This document shows, one piece after another, positions 10,545 through 21,239 of a DNA stretch of 64,000 nt. The notes under the pieces were generated by a model. The model made no database searches, had not been told where the DNA came from, and worked only from the letters and a program-made list of their open reading frames with translations. The stretch's first letter is position 1, and every line of letters begins with the position of its first letter. Origin of the DNA: an uncultured delta proteobacterium. GTDB taxonomy: Bacteria > Desulfobacterota > Syntrophia > Syntrophales > UBA2185. The position numbers and the translations under genes are program-made. The stretch lies in NCBI GenBank assembly GCA_963695875.1, contig CAVOID010000003.1:384001-448000 (forward strand), written 5' to 3'.

Positions 10545-12465
10545 ATGAATGAAATCAAGATTACATTACCGGATGGCTCAGTCAGTACGTGTCGTTCCGG
10601 TGCAACAGTTAAGGAGATTATTGCATCATGGAAGATGGATGCTACTTTCTTCAACTGTTGCGGCGAAGTTTAATAGTGCACTTGTGGATTTAAGCCATCC
10701 AGTTGAAGAAGAGGCAACACTTGCTTTGATGGATATTTCATCAAAGGAGGGTCTTGGCGATCCTCCGGCACAGCATATCCCATGTGATGGCACAGGCTGT
10801 CCAGGATACTTTCAAGGGCGTGCAGGTTTGTATAGGGCCTTCCATAGAAGACGGTTTCTATTACGATTTCGAGTATGCCGAGACATTTACCCCGGAAGAC
10901 TTTGAAAAGATCGAAGCCAGGATGCGATGAGATAGTAGCCGCCGATTATCCTTTTATGCGTCAGGAGGTGTCGAGAGAAGAAGCCATTGCGCTCTTCAAG
11001 GACAAAGGTGAATCATACAAGGTCGAACTTATAAATGATTTGCCGGAAGATGTAAAGACAGTCAGTCTCTACAGTCAGGGCGGGTATGTGGATCTGTGTC
11101 GCGGTCCTCATATACCGTCTACGGGAATGATCAAGGCGTTCAAGTTATTAAGTGTGGCCGGGGCATACTGGCGGGGTGATGAAAAGAATAAGATGCTTCA
11201 GCGTATATACGGGACAGGGTTTGCAACGAAAGAGAGCCTTAGCCGAATATCTCCATGTCATTGAAGAGGCGAAGAAAAGGGATCACCGGAAGCTGGGGAG
11301 AGAACTGGATCTCTTCCAGATAAATGATGAAGCAGGAGCGGGGCTGATCATATTTCATCCCAAAGGGACCATGCTGCGAGCCATTATTGAGGATTGGGAA
11401 AGGAAAGAACATCTGAAACGTGGATATGATATGGTCATGGGTCCCCAGATCCTGAAAGTTGATCTCTGGAAGAAATCGGGACATTTCGATCATTACAGGG
11501 AAAATATGTATTTCACGGAGATAGAAGATCAGGGATACGGGATAAAGCCGATGAACTGCCTTTCCCACATGCTGATATACAAATCGAAGATTCGCAGTTA
11601 CCGGGACCTGCCGCTGCGGTATTTCGAACTTGGTACGGTTCACCGGCATGAAAAGACGGGTGTTCTTCATGGCCTCACACGAGTACGCCAGTTTACACAG
11701 GATGATGCCCATATCCTCTGTACGCCGGAACAACTGAACAGCGAAATAACCGGTATTGCGGATTTCGTCAGTTATGCCATGAAAATTTTCGGCTTTGATT
11801 ACGACGTGGAACTTAGTACACGGCCGGAAAATTCCATCGGTTCCGATGAAGACTGGGAAATGGCGACAGCGGCCTTGGAAGATGCCCTGAAGGACAACCG
11901 GATGGCTTATGAGATTAACGAGGGTGATGGCGCCTTTTACGGACCCAAGATCGACTTCAAGCTGAAAGACGCCTTGAACAGAAAGTGGCAATGCGCTACT
12001 ATCCAGTGCGATTTTACCCTTCCGGAACGATTCGATCTCAGTTATATTGGTGCAGATGGAGAAAAACACCGGCCGGTAATGCTGCACAGGGTGATTCTCG
12101 GGTCTATAGAACGGTTCCTGGGAGTGCTGATAGAGCATTATGCCGGAGCTTTTCCAGTCTGGCTGTCGCCGGTTCAGGCGGTTCTGATGACTGTTACGGA
12201 TAAGCATATTCCTTATGGAGAAGGGGTTTACCTGCAGTTGTCTAATGCAGGGATTCGTGCGGAAAAGGATTTCAGGAATGAAAAACTGGGTTATAAGATC
12301 AGAGAAGCCCAGGTTCAGAAAATTCCTTATATGCTGGTAATCGGTGATCGGGAAATGGAATCGAACCGTGTTTCTCCCCGTGAGCGGAATGGTAAAGACC
12401 TCGGTGCCATCGGTGTGGATGAGTTTATTGAACTCGTGCGGGAAAAATGCACACAGTATAAATAA
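10545..12465 (+). CDS. thrS: Threonyl-tRNA synthetase (several indels in the 5' third)
   Basis: Start [66 protein letters not shown]. Confidence 0.97.
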
Positions 12466-12469
12466 AGTT

Positions 12470-12560
12470 AAATCTTAATCACTAAATCCGAAATTCTAAA
12501 CAGTATTAAAATTCAAATGCATGAAATGTTTAGAATTTCAGATATTCGAATTTTAGATTT
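12470..12560. repeat. AT-rich intergenic palindromic element between thrS and infC
   Basis: Perfect 13-bp inverted repeat GAAATTCTAAACA (12490-12502) / TGTTTAGAATTTC (12527-12539); related copy at 14893-15015. Confidence 0.8.
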
Positions 12561-12581
12561 TATTAGTTCAGGAGGTGACCT

Positions 12582-13088
12582 ATAGCTAAGGATTTAAACA
12601 TAAATCAGGAGATCAAGGCGACTACCGTCAGGGTTATTGATGAGGGTAAACAATTGGGTATTATGTCTCTGGCGGAAGCACTGGAGGTGGCTGCCAAGGC
12701 AGGTCTGGATCTGGTTGAGGTTGCTCCCAATTCTACACCACCGGTTTGCCGGATCATGGATTATGGAAAATTCAGATACCAGCAGAGCAAGAAACTACAG
12801 GTTGCAAAAAAAAGCCAGAGTATCATTCAGGTAAAGGAGATCAGGATAAGACCGAAGACTGATGAACATGACCTGCAGGTAAAGATCAAGCATATTAAGA
12901 AATTCCTCAGCCAGAATGATAAAGTAAAGATTACCATGATGTTCAGAGGTCGTGAAATGGCTTATACTGATCTCGGCAGGAAAATCATGGAGGATATCCA
13001 AAAGGAGTTGGCAGATGTAGGTGTTATTGATCAGCATCCGAGGCTGGAGGGAAGAAATATGGTTATGATGGTTTCGCCGAAGAAATAG
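12582..13088 (+). CDS. infC: Translation initiation factor IF-3 with a non-canonical ATA start
   Basis: SD GGAGGTG at 12571, ATA at 12582 in frame with INQEIKATTVRVID; LDLVEVAP, PPVCRIMDYGKF, KVKITMMFRGRE. Confidence 0.95.
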   Translation: MAKDLNINQEIKATTVRVIDEGKQLGIMSLAEALEVAAKAGLDLVEVAPNSTPPVCRIMDYGKFRYQQSKKLQVAKKSQSIIQVKEIRIRPKTDEHDLQVKIKHIKKFLSQNDKVKITMMFRGREMAYTDLGRKIMEDIQKELADVGVIDQHPRLEGRNMVMMVSPKK

Positions 13089-13191
13089 AATATAGGAGAT
13101 TCTCACTGAATCCGAGATCAAAACGATATCAATCCTGAATCCTGAAGTTTATAATTTAGAAAGAATTTAGATTTTTACAAGGGGTGATTTA

Positions 13192-13389
13192 ATGCCAAAG
13201 ATAAAAACACACAAGGGAGCGGCTAAACGGTTTAGCCTTACGGGAACCGGCAAGGTAAAGAGGAGTAAGGCTTATGCGAGCCATATTCTTACAAAAAAAA
13301 CGACAAAAAGAAAAAGAAATTTGAGAAAATCTACCATTCTCGACAAGAGTGATACCAGAGGAATAAAGATGTTAATTCCGTATATGTAG
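13192..13389 (+). CDS. rpmI: 50S ribosomal protein L35
   Basis: [14 protein letters not shown]; position after infC. Confidence 0.97.
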   Translation: MPKIKTHKGAAKRFSLTGTGKVKRSKAYASHILTKKTTKRKRNLRKSTILDKSDTRGIKMLIPYM

Positions 13390-13483
13390 GAATTGAAATA
13401 CAAGAGTTCAGATAAGAATTTTTTAAGTTTGGTAGAATAATTCAGTAATGCGTTTTTTATAAGAAGCGGGGAGATCAGAAGAA

Positions 13484-13846
13484 ATGCCAAGAGTAAAAAG
13501 AAGTATCACTGCTAAGAAAAAGAGACGAAAAATTCTGAAAATGGCAAAGGGTTTTTTTGGAGCGCGGAGCCGTTTATTGAGGACAGCCACGGAAGCCGTC
13601 GAAAGAGCGATGAAGTATGCCTACAGGGACAGAAGAGCACGAAAAAGAGATTTCAGGAAACTGTGGATTGCAAGGATTAATGCGGCTGCACGAGTTCATG
13701 AGATATCATATAGCCGGTTAATCGACGGCATGAAAAAAGCGGGTGTCGAAATTGACAGGAAGATCCTGGCCGAGCTTGCCATTCATGATCCTCGCGGATT
13801 TTCTGAAATAGTCAGTATAGCAAAGGGTAAGCTGGCAGCATGCTAA
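13484..13846 (+). CDS. rplT: 50S ribosomal protein L20
   Basis: [35 protein letters not shown]. Confidence 0.98.
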   Translation: MPRVKRSITAKKKRRKILKMAKGFFGARSRLLRTATEAVERAMKYAYRDRRARKRDFRKLWIARINAAARVHEISYSRLIDGMKKAGVEIDRKILAELAIHDPRGFSEIVSIAKGKLAAC

Positions 13847-14856
13847 AGGAACTTGAGGAACTTCAAAGGCAGGCAGAATCTGAATTGCGTATTTCAAAAA
13901 CTGAAGAGGAGTTCCTTGCTGTAAGAACCAAGTATTTAGGAAGGAAGGGGCTTCTGACAGAGCTTCTCCGCAACCTCGGAAATATCGAACCGGAAGAGAG
14001 ACCTTTAATCGGAAATCGATGCAATGAAATTAAGAATACCCTTACTGAGAAGATTGAAAAAGCTCTGAAAGCTATTACCAGCCTGAAAAAGGATGAGAGT
14101 CTTCTCCATGATAGAATCGATGTAACACTCCCTGGCAGAAAAGTCCGATATGGTAAAGTTCATCCCATAACCCAGGTCTGTCAGGAGATATGTGATATAT
14201 TTGCAGGGTTTGGCTTTTCAGTTGTCGAAGGTCCGGAAATTGAACTGGATTATTACAATTTTGAAGCCCTGAATATTCCTAAAAATCATCCTGCACGTGA
14301 TATGCAGGATACGTTTTACGTAGAAGATAATATCGTCCTGCGTACCCATACGTCACCGGTCCAGATCAGGGTCATGGAAAAGCAGAGACCGCCGGTGAGA
14401 ATTCTTTCACCGGGCCGGGTGTATCGTCCCGATTCGGATATCTCTCATACACCCATGTTCCATCAGATTGAGGGTCTATTGGTTGATAAAGGCATCACCT
14501 TTGGTGACTTGAAAGGTGTTCTAACATCATTTCTCAAGCAGATGTTCGGTGAGGGTACGGCACTCCGATTTCGCCCCAGTTTTTTCCCCTTTACCGAGCC
14601 GAGTGCTGAGGTTGATATCAGGTGTGTCATGTGCAATGGCGAGGGTTGCCGTGTGTGCTCTCAGAGCGGCTGGCTGGAAATACTCGGATCAGGGATGGTG
14701 GATCCCGAGGTTTTTAAGAACGTAGATTACGATCCGGAAGAGGTTTCCGGTTTTGCTTTCGGCCTTGGTCTTGAGCGGATTGCCATGCTTAAGTACGGAA
14801 TATCGGATATCCGGTTGTTTTTTGAAAATGACTGGAGGTTCCTAGAACAATTTTAA
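13840..14856 (+). CDS. pheS: Phenylalanyl-tRNA synthetase alpha subunit
   Basis: [37 protein letters not shown]. Confidence 0.98.
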   Translation: MLKELEELQRQAESELRISKTEEEFLAVRTKYLGRKGLLTELLRNLGNIEPEERPLIGNRCNEIKNTLTEKIEKALKAITSLKKDESLLHDRIDVTLPGRKVRYGKVHPITQVCQEICDIFAGFGFSVVEGPEIELDYYNFEALNIPKNHPARDMQDTFYVEDNIVLRTHTSPVQIRVMEKQRPPVRILSPGRVYRPDSDISHTPMFHQIEGLLVDKGITFGDLKGVLTSFLKQMFGEGTALRFRPSFFPFTEPSAEVDIRCVMCNGEGCRVCSQSGWLEILGSGMVDPEVFKNVDYDPEEVSGFAFGLGLERIAMLKYGISDIRLFFENDWRFLEQF

Positions 14857-14892
14857 CCTCCGTAAAAATATCTATTTAGGATACGGATTCAT

Positions 14893-15015
14893 AAATTCTA
14901 ATCAGGAAGTCCGAAATCCTAAACAATGTCAAAATCGCAAGTTACCAAAACATTCAGAAATTCGATATTCGAATTTAATATTTGTTTAGAATTTAGATAT
15001 TAATATTTAGGATTT
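14893..15015. repeat. AT-rich intergenic palindromic element between pheS and pheT
   Basis: GAAATCCTAAACAA ... TTGTTTAGAATTT arms; same family as 12470-12560. Confidence 0.75.
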
Positions 15016-15021
15016 ACTTGC

Positions 15022-17445
15022 ATGTTAGTCAGTCTCAGATGGCTTAAAGATTATGTAGATATCAGAATTTCACCCGCAGAGCTGGTAGATCAATTGACAA
15101 TGGCCGGTCTTGAGGTAGAAGCCGTCAAGGAAATAGGTCCTTTATTTACGAATGTTGTAGTTGCAATGATCCTTTCCGTCAGACCTCATCCCGCAGCAGA
15201 CAATTGTTTCCTTTGTGAAGTGACTACAGGTGAAAGTACCTTTCCAGTGGTATGTGGTGCCGGTAACATCCGCACTGGTGATGTGGTTCCCCTTGCGAAA
15301 ATCGGGGCAACTATACCCGGTGGTTATACCATCAGGAGCTCAAAAATCAGAGGTGAGATATCAGAGGGTATGCTCTGTTCCGAACAGGAACTCGGGATAG
15401 GCAGTGATGCTGCGGGTATCATGATTCTCCCGGGCAATCTTTCTATCGGCGAAGATCTATCAAAAGCACTTGATCTGGAGGATACCGTTCTTGATATTGC
15501 GATTACACCGAACCGTTCCGACTGTTTGAGCATCATTGGTATTGCACGTGAAGTTGCGGCAATTACAGGATTGAAGCTTAAGTATCCTGATATTACCGTA
15601 CGGGAAAGTGAAGAGGATATAAACCGTATCACGTCAGTGGATATTCTCGATCCCGATCTCTGCCCCCGATACAGCGCCAGAATTATAAAAAATGTTACGA
15701 TAAAACCTTCACCATTTTGGATGCGCCAGAGACTGGAAGCAATTGGCCTTCGCGCCATCAACAATATTGTTGATATTACCAATTATGTGATGATGGAATT
15801 GGGCCAGCCGCTTCATGCATTTGATTTCAGGTTTCTTGAAGAGGGCCGTATTGTAGTTAGAAGATCCCGCAAAGGAGAAATATTCACATCCCTAGATGAG
15901 AAGGAGCGTATCTTGGAGGCGGATACGCTGATGATTTGTGATGGCGTCAAACCAGTGGCTATTGCCGGTATCATGGGTGGAGTTAATTCTGAAGTTAAGG
16001 AGGACACAAAGACAATTCTGTTGGAAAGTGCTTATTTTGCACCATCCTCTATTCGTAAGTCGGCAAAGTTACTGGGCATGGTTACGGATGCTGCATTCAG
16101 ATTCGGTCGTGGTGTAGATCCTGAAGGTGTGATCGGGGCGCTTAACAGGGCGGCACGGTTTATGGCAGAAATTTCCGGTGGGGCAGTTTGCAAAGGTTAC
16201 ATCGATCAATATCCTAAGAAAGTTGAAACAGCAAGTGACATTCCGCTTCAGAATAAGAAGAGTCAATGATATCCTGGGGACAGATATTAATGCAGATGAA
16301 AGTACCAGAATTCTGAAATGTCTGGATATGTCGGTCTCATAGGGAAAGTGACGAAATTTACCGTGTGACCCCACCAACATACAGGGTAGATATCACGAGG
16401 GAAATAGATCTTATCGAAGAGGTAGCAAGACTTTATGGTTATGACCGTATCCCTGTAACTTTGCCCCCGGTTTCGGTTGTAACTGTAATGAAGGATCGTA
16501 AAAAAATTCTCTCGGACAGCATTACGGAAAATTCTGGGAGGATCCGGATACTCGGAGGTAATCACATACAGCTTTATCTCCCCTGGCCTTGTAGATCAGC
16601 TGGGATTCGCTTCGGAGGATGAGCGGCGAAAGATTGTTAAGATAAGAAATCCCCTGACGGAGGATCAGTCGGTAATGCGGTCGACGCTCATTCGCGGCCT
16701 CTTGGAAACAATGAAGAAAAATGCCAATAATGGCTGCTTCGATCTCAAGGTGTTTGAGATTGGCAGGGTTTTTTTTCACCATAAAGAGGGTGAGCTTCCA
16801 ATTGAGAAGAACATGATCGGTTGCTTGATCACAGGCCTGCGTTATGATGATCTCTGGTCTTCAAAGTTGTATGCAGATTTTTATGATATAAAAGGATGTA
16901 TAGAGAACATCCTTGATGGTCTCAGGATTTCAGGTTTAAAATTCAGGTCCTGATTACGGGGAGACCTTGCTCCATTCAGGGAAGTCCTGCGAAGTATATG
17001 TTGGCGACCAATTGATCGGGTTCGTAGGGGAGGTGCATCCTGATGTTCTTAGGCGCATGGATTTAAAGAATCTTGCTTATGTATTTGAAATTGATTTAGA
17101 TATTCTAACAAACCTTTTTTCCGGCGAGGTGCTGATATAAAGACCTGCCTAGGTTTCCATCGGTCGTGAGAGATGTAGCTTTTGTAGTTGGCCAAGAGAT
17201 GGAAGCGGATAAAATACTTAATCTAGCCATGGATATGGGTAAAGAATTGCTTGAAAAAGTAAGTATTTTTGATGTATATTCCGGCAAAAGTATCACCTCA
17301 TGGTAAAAAAAGTTTGGGATTAAGGTTTACATATCGGGTTGCTGACAGAACATTGACAGATGATGAAGTGAATCAGGTGCACGGGGGGATCGTAAAAAGT
17401 ATCATTGATGTAACTGGGGCAAAAATCAGGGGCGAAGAAAATTAG
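15022..17445 (+). CDS. pheT: Phenylalanyl-tRNA synthetase beta subunit (multiple indels)
   Basis: [62 protein letters not shown] and RFPSVVRD across several frames. Confidence 0.95.
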
Positions 17446-17473
17446 ATATCTGAAAGATTGTGGGAGGTTAGAA

Positions 17474-17749
17474 ATGACAAAGATTGATATTATTCAGGAT
17501 GTGTATGAGAAGCTGGGATTTTCGAAGAAGGATGCAGCGAAGATTGTTGAGTCGGTTTTTGAGATCATGAAGGATAGTCTTGCTAACGGTGAAAAGATAA
17601 AGATTTCCGGTTTCGGTAACTTTTCAGTCAAGGAGAAGAAATCTCGCAGAGGCAGAAATCCCCAGACCGGCAGCGAGATAGAGATATCGGCGAGAAAAGT
17701 GCTTACCTTTAAATCGAGTCAAGTGTTACGCAAGGCGCTGAACAGTTAA
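17474..17749 (+). CDS. ihfA: Integration host factor alpha subunit
   Basis: KISGFGNF, GRNPQTG, VLTFKSSQ; conserved pheT-ihfA-merR order. Confidence 0.93.
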   Translation: MTKIDIIQDVYEKLGFSKKDAAKIVESVFEIMKDSLANGEKIKISGFGNFSVKEKKSRRGRNPQTGSEIEISARKVLTFKSSQVLRKALNS

Positions 17750-18139
17750 GCTTCGAAGGTTAAAGAAGCTCTAAGCACGAAATCCTGATGACCCGGTAAA
17801 AACATGTCCACGCAAGTTATAGTCGGGTGTCAGTAACTGTACTAAAAGTGGTAGACTTCTTAAACAACACCGGAAGCAAGGTATATCCTTAGACAGGAAG
17901 AGGATGATCTTGCCTACTGAAAGAGGCGTAGACCAATATTCGATCCATAACATATGCCTCGGCCTTGGCAGGAGGCAAACTCCAGCTGGGGAACATTTTA
18001 CAAGCCTCTAATCCTGAATGCTAAGCGAATTCAAAACCCAAGTGATGCAAATCTAACCCTTAAGTGGGAAATACATATGTGGAGCTTCAAGATTTAAACT
18101 TGGTCTTTTTGGGATATTAGGATTTAGGCTCTTATTTAA

Positions 18140-18478
18140 ATGAATATTTCGATTCCGGACAAAGAGTATTTCCGTATCGGAGAGGTTAGTAAGATTCTTG
18201 GTGTAGATCCTTACGTCGTCAGGTATTGGGAATCTGAGTTCAAATCGATAAAGCCAATTCGTACGAAATCCGACCAGCGTCTATTCAGGAGAAAAGATTT
18301 AGAGGAGCTGTTGATTATTAAAAACCTCCTCTATGCCGATAAGTTTACCATCAGCGGTGCTAAAAAACAATTGTTGAAGATGAGGGAAGGGACGGTGCAA
18401 TCCGATAAGGACTGTAATCGTGAGCGGCTTGGTGAGATTAAAAAGGGATTACTGCAGATAAGAAAAATAGTCAGTTGA
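18140..18478 (+). CDS. MerR-family transcriptional regulator
   Basis: IPDKEYFRIGEVS, VRYWESEF, FTISGAK; typical neighbour of ihfA. Confidence 0.9.
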   Translation: MNISIPDKEYFRIGEVSKILGVDPYVVRYWESEFKSIKPIRTKSDQRLFRRKDLEELLIIKNLLYADKFTISGAKKQLLKMREGTVQSDKDCNRERLGEIKKGLLQIRKIVS

Positions 18479-18533
18479 AGAGAAAGAGGGACAGGCATTT
18501 CTTCACAAAGGAAAAAACCTGCCCCTCCTGTCC

Positions 18534-18815
18534 TTAATGCTTGATTGATCTTTTGGATGCCTTGAGCGGATTGATTTTTTGTGTGGCTTCTTTGATTTCT
18601 TTCTTTATGTGCGATGCGGTTGGACAGTTTCCAGAAAGCCATTTGCTGATGGGTTCAGGATAGACCTTGCAGTACTGACCGGTCGGGCAATCTATGATTT
18701 TATTGCAACCTTCACACTTCTCAATAATTATATGACAACTACCTCCATTAAATCCACAGCCTTTCTTCGTCATGAAGGTACACTCTGAACCAGTCTTGAT
18801 GGTTTGACAGACCAT
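18534..18815 (-). CDS. PxxKW family cysteine-rich protein
   Basis: Eight Cys, PISKW motif, KINPLKASKR tail; RBS AGGGGGTG. Confidence 0.85.
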   Translation of the reverse strand: MVCQTIKTGSECTFMTKKGCGFNGGSCHIIIEKCEGCNKIIDCPTGQYCKVYPEPISKWLSGNCPTASHIKKEIKEATQKINPLKASKRSIKH

Positions 18816-19085
18816 TGGAATCACCCCCTTTCATGTTTTTTTTGTAATTTTTTATTGGTAATGACATCTATCAAAAATTTTCTAATTATAGCAAAATAAT
18901 TAATTGATGTCAAGTAAATAAATACATAAAAATTAATGATTAAATTATGCAATAATAACGTCATGAATAGCCTATCGAATGAATTGACTTCAAAACACAA
19001 TCATGTTAGGCAAACACCTCTGTTAGAGGAGAATCTATGAAGAGTGAAAAACATCAATGAACATCGCATCATGTTTGAGTCTGCC

Positions 19086-19355
19086 ATGGTAGAAATAAAA
19101 ACATTTGAGATAAAAAATAAACTGGGTCTTCATGCGAGGGTTGCGGCGAAGCTGGTCAATGTGTCAACACGATTTAAATCAAAAATATTTTTTGAAAGAG
19201 ATGGCAGAGTTGTGAATGGAAAAAGTCTTCTCAGTATCTTGACATTAGCCTGTCCTTTGGGAAGCCGAATAACAATAAGAGCAGAAGGGATAGATGCACG
19301 GGAGGCTATTGAAGATCTTGAGAAGCTGATAGAAGATAAATTTGGAGAAGATTGA
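19086..19355 (+). CDS. ptsH: HPr phosphocarrier protein
   Basis: NKLGLHAR (His15) and GKSLLSIL (Ser46); start could lie as far upstream as 19044. Confidence 0.93.
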   Translation: MVEIKTFEIKNKLGLHARVAAKLVNVSTRFKSKIFFERDGRVVNGKSLLSILTLACPLGSRITIRAEGIDAREAIEDLEKLIEDKFGED

Positions 19356-21136
19356 TGGATACTGATGTGGAAAAAAAATCTTTTGTTCTAAAAGGGATAG
19401 GAGTCTCACCAGGTATCGTGATCGGAAAGGCATACCTGTATGATCGCTTCAATGCTCAGGTTTCCTTTTATAAGTTGAAGGATAAAAGCCTTGTATCTGA
19501 GGAAATTAGACGGTTCAAAACAGCCCTAAAGGAATCGGAAAAACAGCTTCTGGAAGTAAAAAATAAACTCTGGGAATTGGCCGGCCGGGAGCCGCTATAT
19601 ATCATCGATGTTCATATCATGATTCTAAAGGACAAGATGTTTATCAACCATACAATTCAATATATTAAGGACGTGTTAATCAATGCAGAGTGGGCCATTA
19701 AGATGACCATCGATAGATATAGAGAAATCTTTGAAAAGGTGGAAGACGAATATCTCAAAGGCCGGATCAGTGATATTCGATATGTGGGGCAGATGATTCT
19801 AAGGAATCTTGCCGGAGAAAAGAAAGAGACCATTACGGATGTTAGCGGAAAGGGTATCGTCATAGCCATAGACCTTTCGCCTGCAGATACTGCGCAGATG
19901 ATGATTAACAAAGTCCAGGGATTTGCGACAGATATGGGAGGGAAAACATCCCATACAGCAATTGTGGCCAGAGCGGTTGAAATTCCCGCAGTTGTTGGTT
20001 TGGAATCCATTACAAAAATGGTTCGAACAAATGACGACATTATTGTTGACGGCTCCGCGGGGCTTGTTGTGGTGAATCCTGATCCAGAAATGATTAAGGT
20101 ATATGAAGATAAACAGAAGCACTTTGAGACAGCCCAGGAAAACTTTCTGAAATATGCCCATCTTCCTGCGATAACGAAGGATAATTATAAAGTGGAAATA
20201 GGTGGAAACATAGAGTTTATCGAGGAGATCCCTTCTGCCATATCTCATGGCGCCGAAGGCATCGGTCTGTATAGAACGGAATTCATCTACATAAATAAAG
20301 AACAGCTTCCAACGGAGGAAGAGCACTTTTCACATTACAGAAGTGTTGTTGGGTCAAAGGGCTTAAAATGGGCAACTATCCGGACCCTTGATTTAGGTGG
20401 TGATAAGTTTTACTCTGATCCTAAGTTAGCCAAGGAGATGAACCCTCAAATGGGCCTGAGAGCCATACGATTTTGTCTGAAGGAAGTGGAGTTGTTTAAG
20501 GTACAGTTGCGGGCAATTGCCCGAGCCAGTGCTTTTGGCAAGACTAGAATCATGTTTCCTATGATTTCAGGAGTTGAGGAAATACGAGAAGCCAAAAAAA
20601 TCTTTTTTGAGGTTAAAGATGATCTTATTGTCCAGGGTATACCGGTTGGCAACGACATTGAGATCGGAGTCATGATAGAAGTTCCGTCTGCTGTAATTAT
20701 TGCCGATGAATTGGCAAAGGAAGTGGATTTTTTTAGCATAGGCACAAACGACCTGATCCAATATGCCTTAGCTATTGATAGGATAAACGAAAGGGTAACC
20801 TACCTATATGAACCTCTCCACCCAGCTGTGTTAAGACTAATAAAGCAAGTGATCGACGTTGGTCATAGAGCAGGCATTCGGGTTGCAATGTGCGGGGAAA
20901 TGGCTGGTGAACCAGCTTATATCATGATTCTTTTAGGGCTCGAAATTGATGAGTTAAGCATGAATCCTCTGGCAATACCCAGGGTAAAAAAGGTAATCCG
21001 CGGTTCTACTCTAAAGGAATCCAAAGCCTTGTTAGAAAAAGTCATGACATTTTCATCGGCTTCTGAGATACGGGAATTTGTAAATAATTATATGAGTGAG
21101 CGGTTTCCTGAAGAGTTTCAGCTAAACGGGACTTAA
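19355..21136 (+). CDS. ptsI: PTS Enzyme I (PEP-protein phosphotransferase)
   Basis: GGKTSHTAIVAR, GIGLYRTE, RTLDLGGDK, SIGTNDLIQY, MCGEMAG. Confidence 0.97.
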   Translation: MDTDVEKKSFVLKGIGVSPGIVIGKAYLYDRFNAQVSFYKLKDKSLVSEEIRRFKTALKESEKQLLEVKNKLWELAGREPLYIIDVHIMILKDKMFINHTIQYIKDVLINAEWAIKMTIDRYREIFEKVEDEYLKGRISDIRYVGQMILRNLAGEKKETITDVSGKGIVIAIDLSPADTAQMMINKVQGFATDMGGKTSHTAIVARAVEIPAVVGLESITKMVRTNDDIIVDGSAGLVVVNPDPEMIKVYEDKQKHFETAQENFLKYAHLPAITKDNYKVEIGGNIEFIEEIPSAISHGAEGIGLYRTEFIYINKEQLPTEEEHFSHYRSVVGSKGLKWATIRTLDLGGDKFYSDPKLAKEMNPQMGLRAIRFCLKEVELFKVQLRAIARASAFGKTRIMFPMISGVEEIREAKKIFFEVKDDLIVQGIPVGNDIEIGVMIEVPSAVIIADELAKEVDFFSIGTNDLIQYALAIDRINERVTYLYEPLHPAVLRLIKQVIDVGHRAGIRVAMCGEMAGEPAYIMILLGLEIDELSMNPLAIPRVKKVIRGSTLKESKALLEKVMTFSSASEIREFVNNYMSERFPEEFQLNGT

Positions 21137-21164
21137 GAGATTAAATAGTAAAAGACACATCTGT

Positions 21165-21210
21165 GACGGTTTCGTAAAAGTCAAGTAAATTACGTTTTTA
21201 CGAGGCCACC
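21165..21210. repeat. Short palindromic element of the GA(C/T)GG..CGTAAAA family
   Basis: GACGGTTTCGTAAAAGTC ... TTTTTACGAGGCCACC inverted arms; related ends at 44869, 23875 and 17787. Confidence 0.6.
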
Positions 21211-21239
21211 GCCCGGTTTTAAGTATTTACGAGATCATT

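Noticed and set aside
12470..15015. AT-rich repeats as a CRISPR array
   Set aside because: No regularly spaced identical repeats with unique spacers, and no cas genes
16945..16960. TGA inside pheT (and the TGA at 604-606 in trmD) as selenocysteine or readthrough
   Set aside because: The conserved protein continues in a different frame after the TGA, so these are one-base insertions, not recoding
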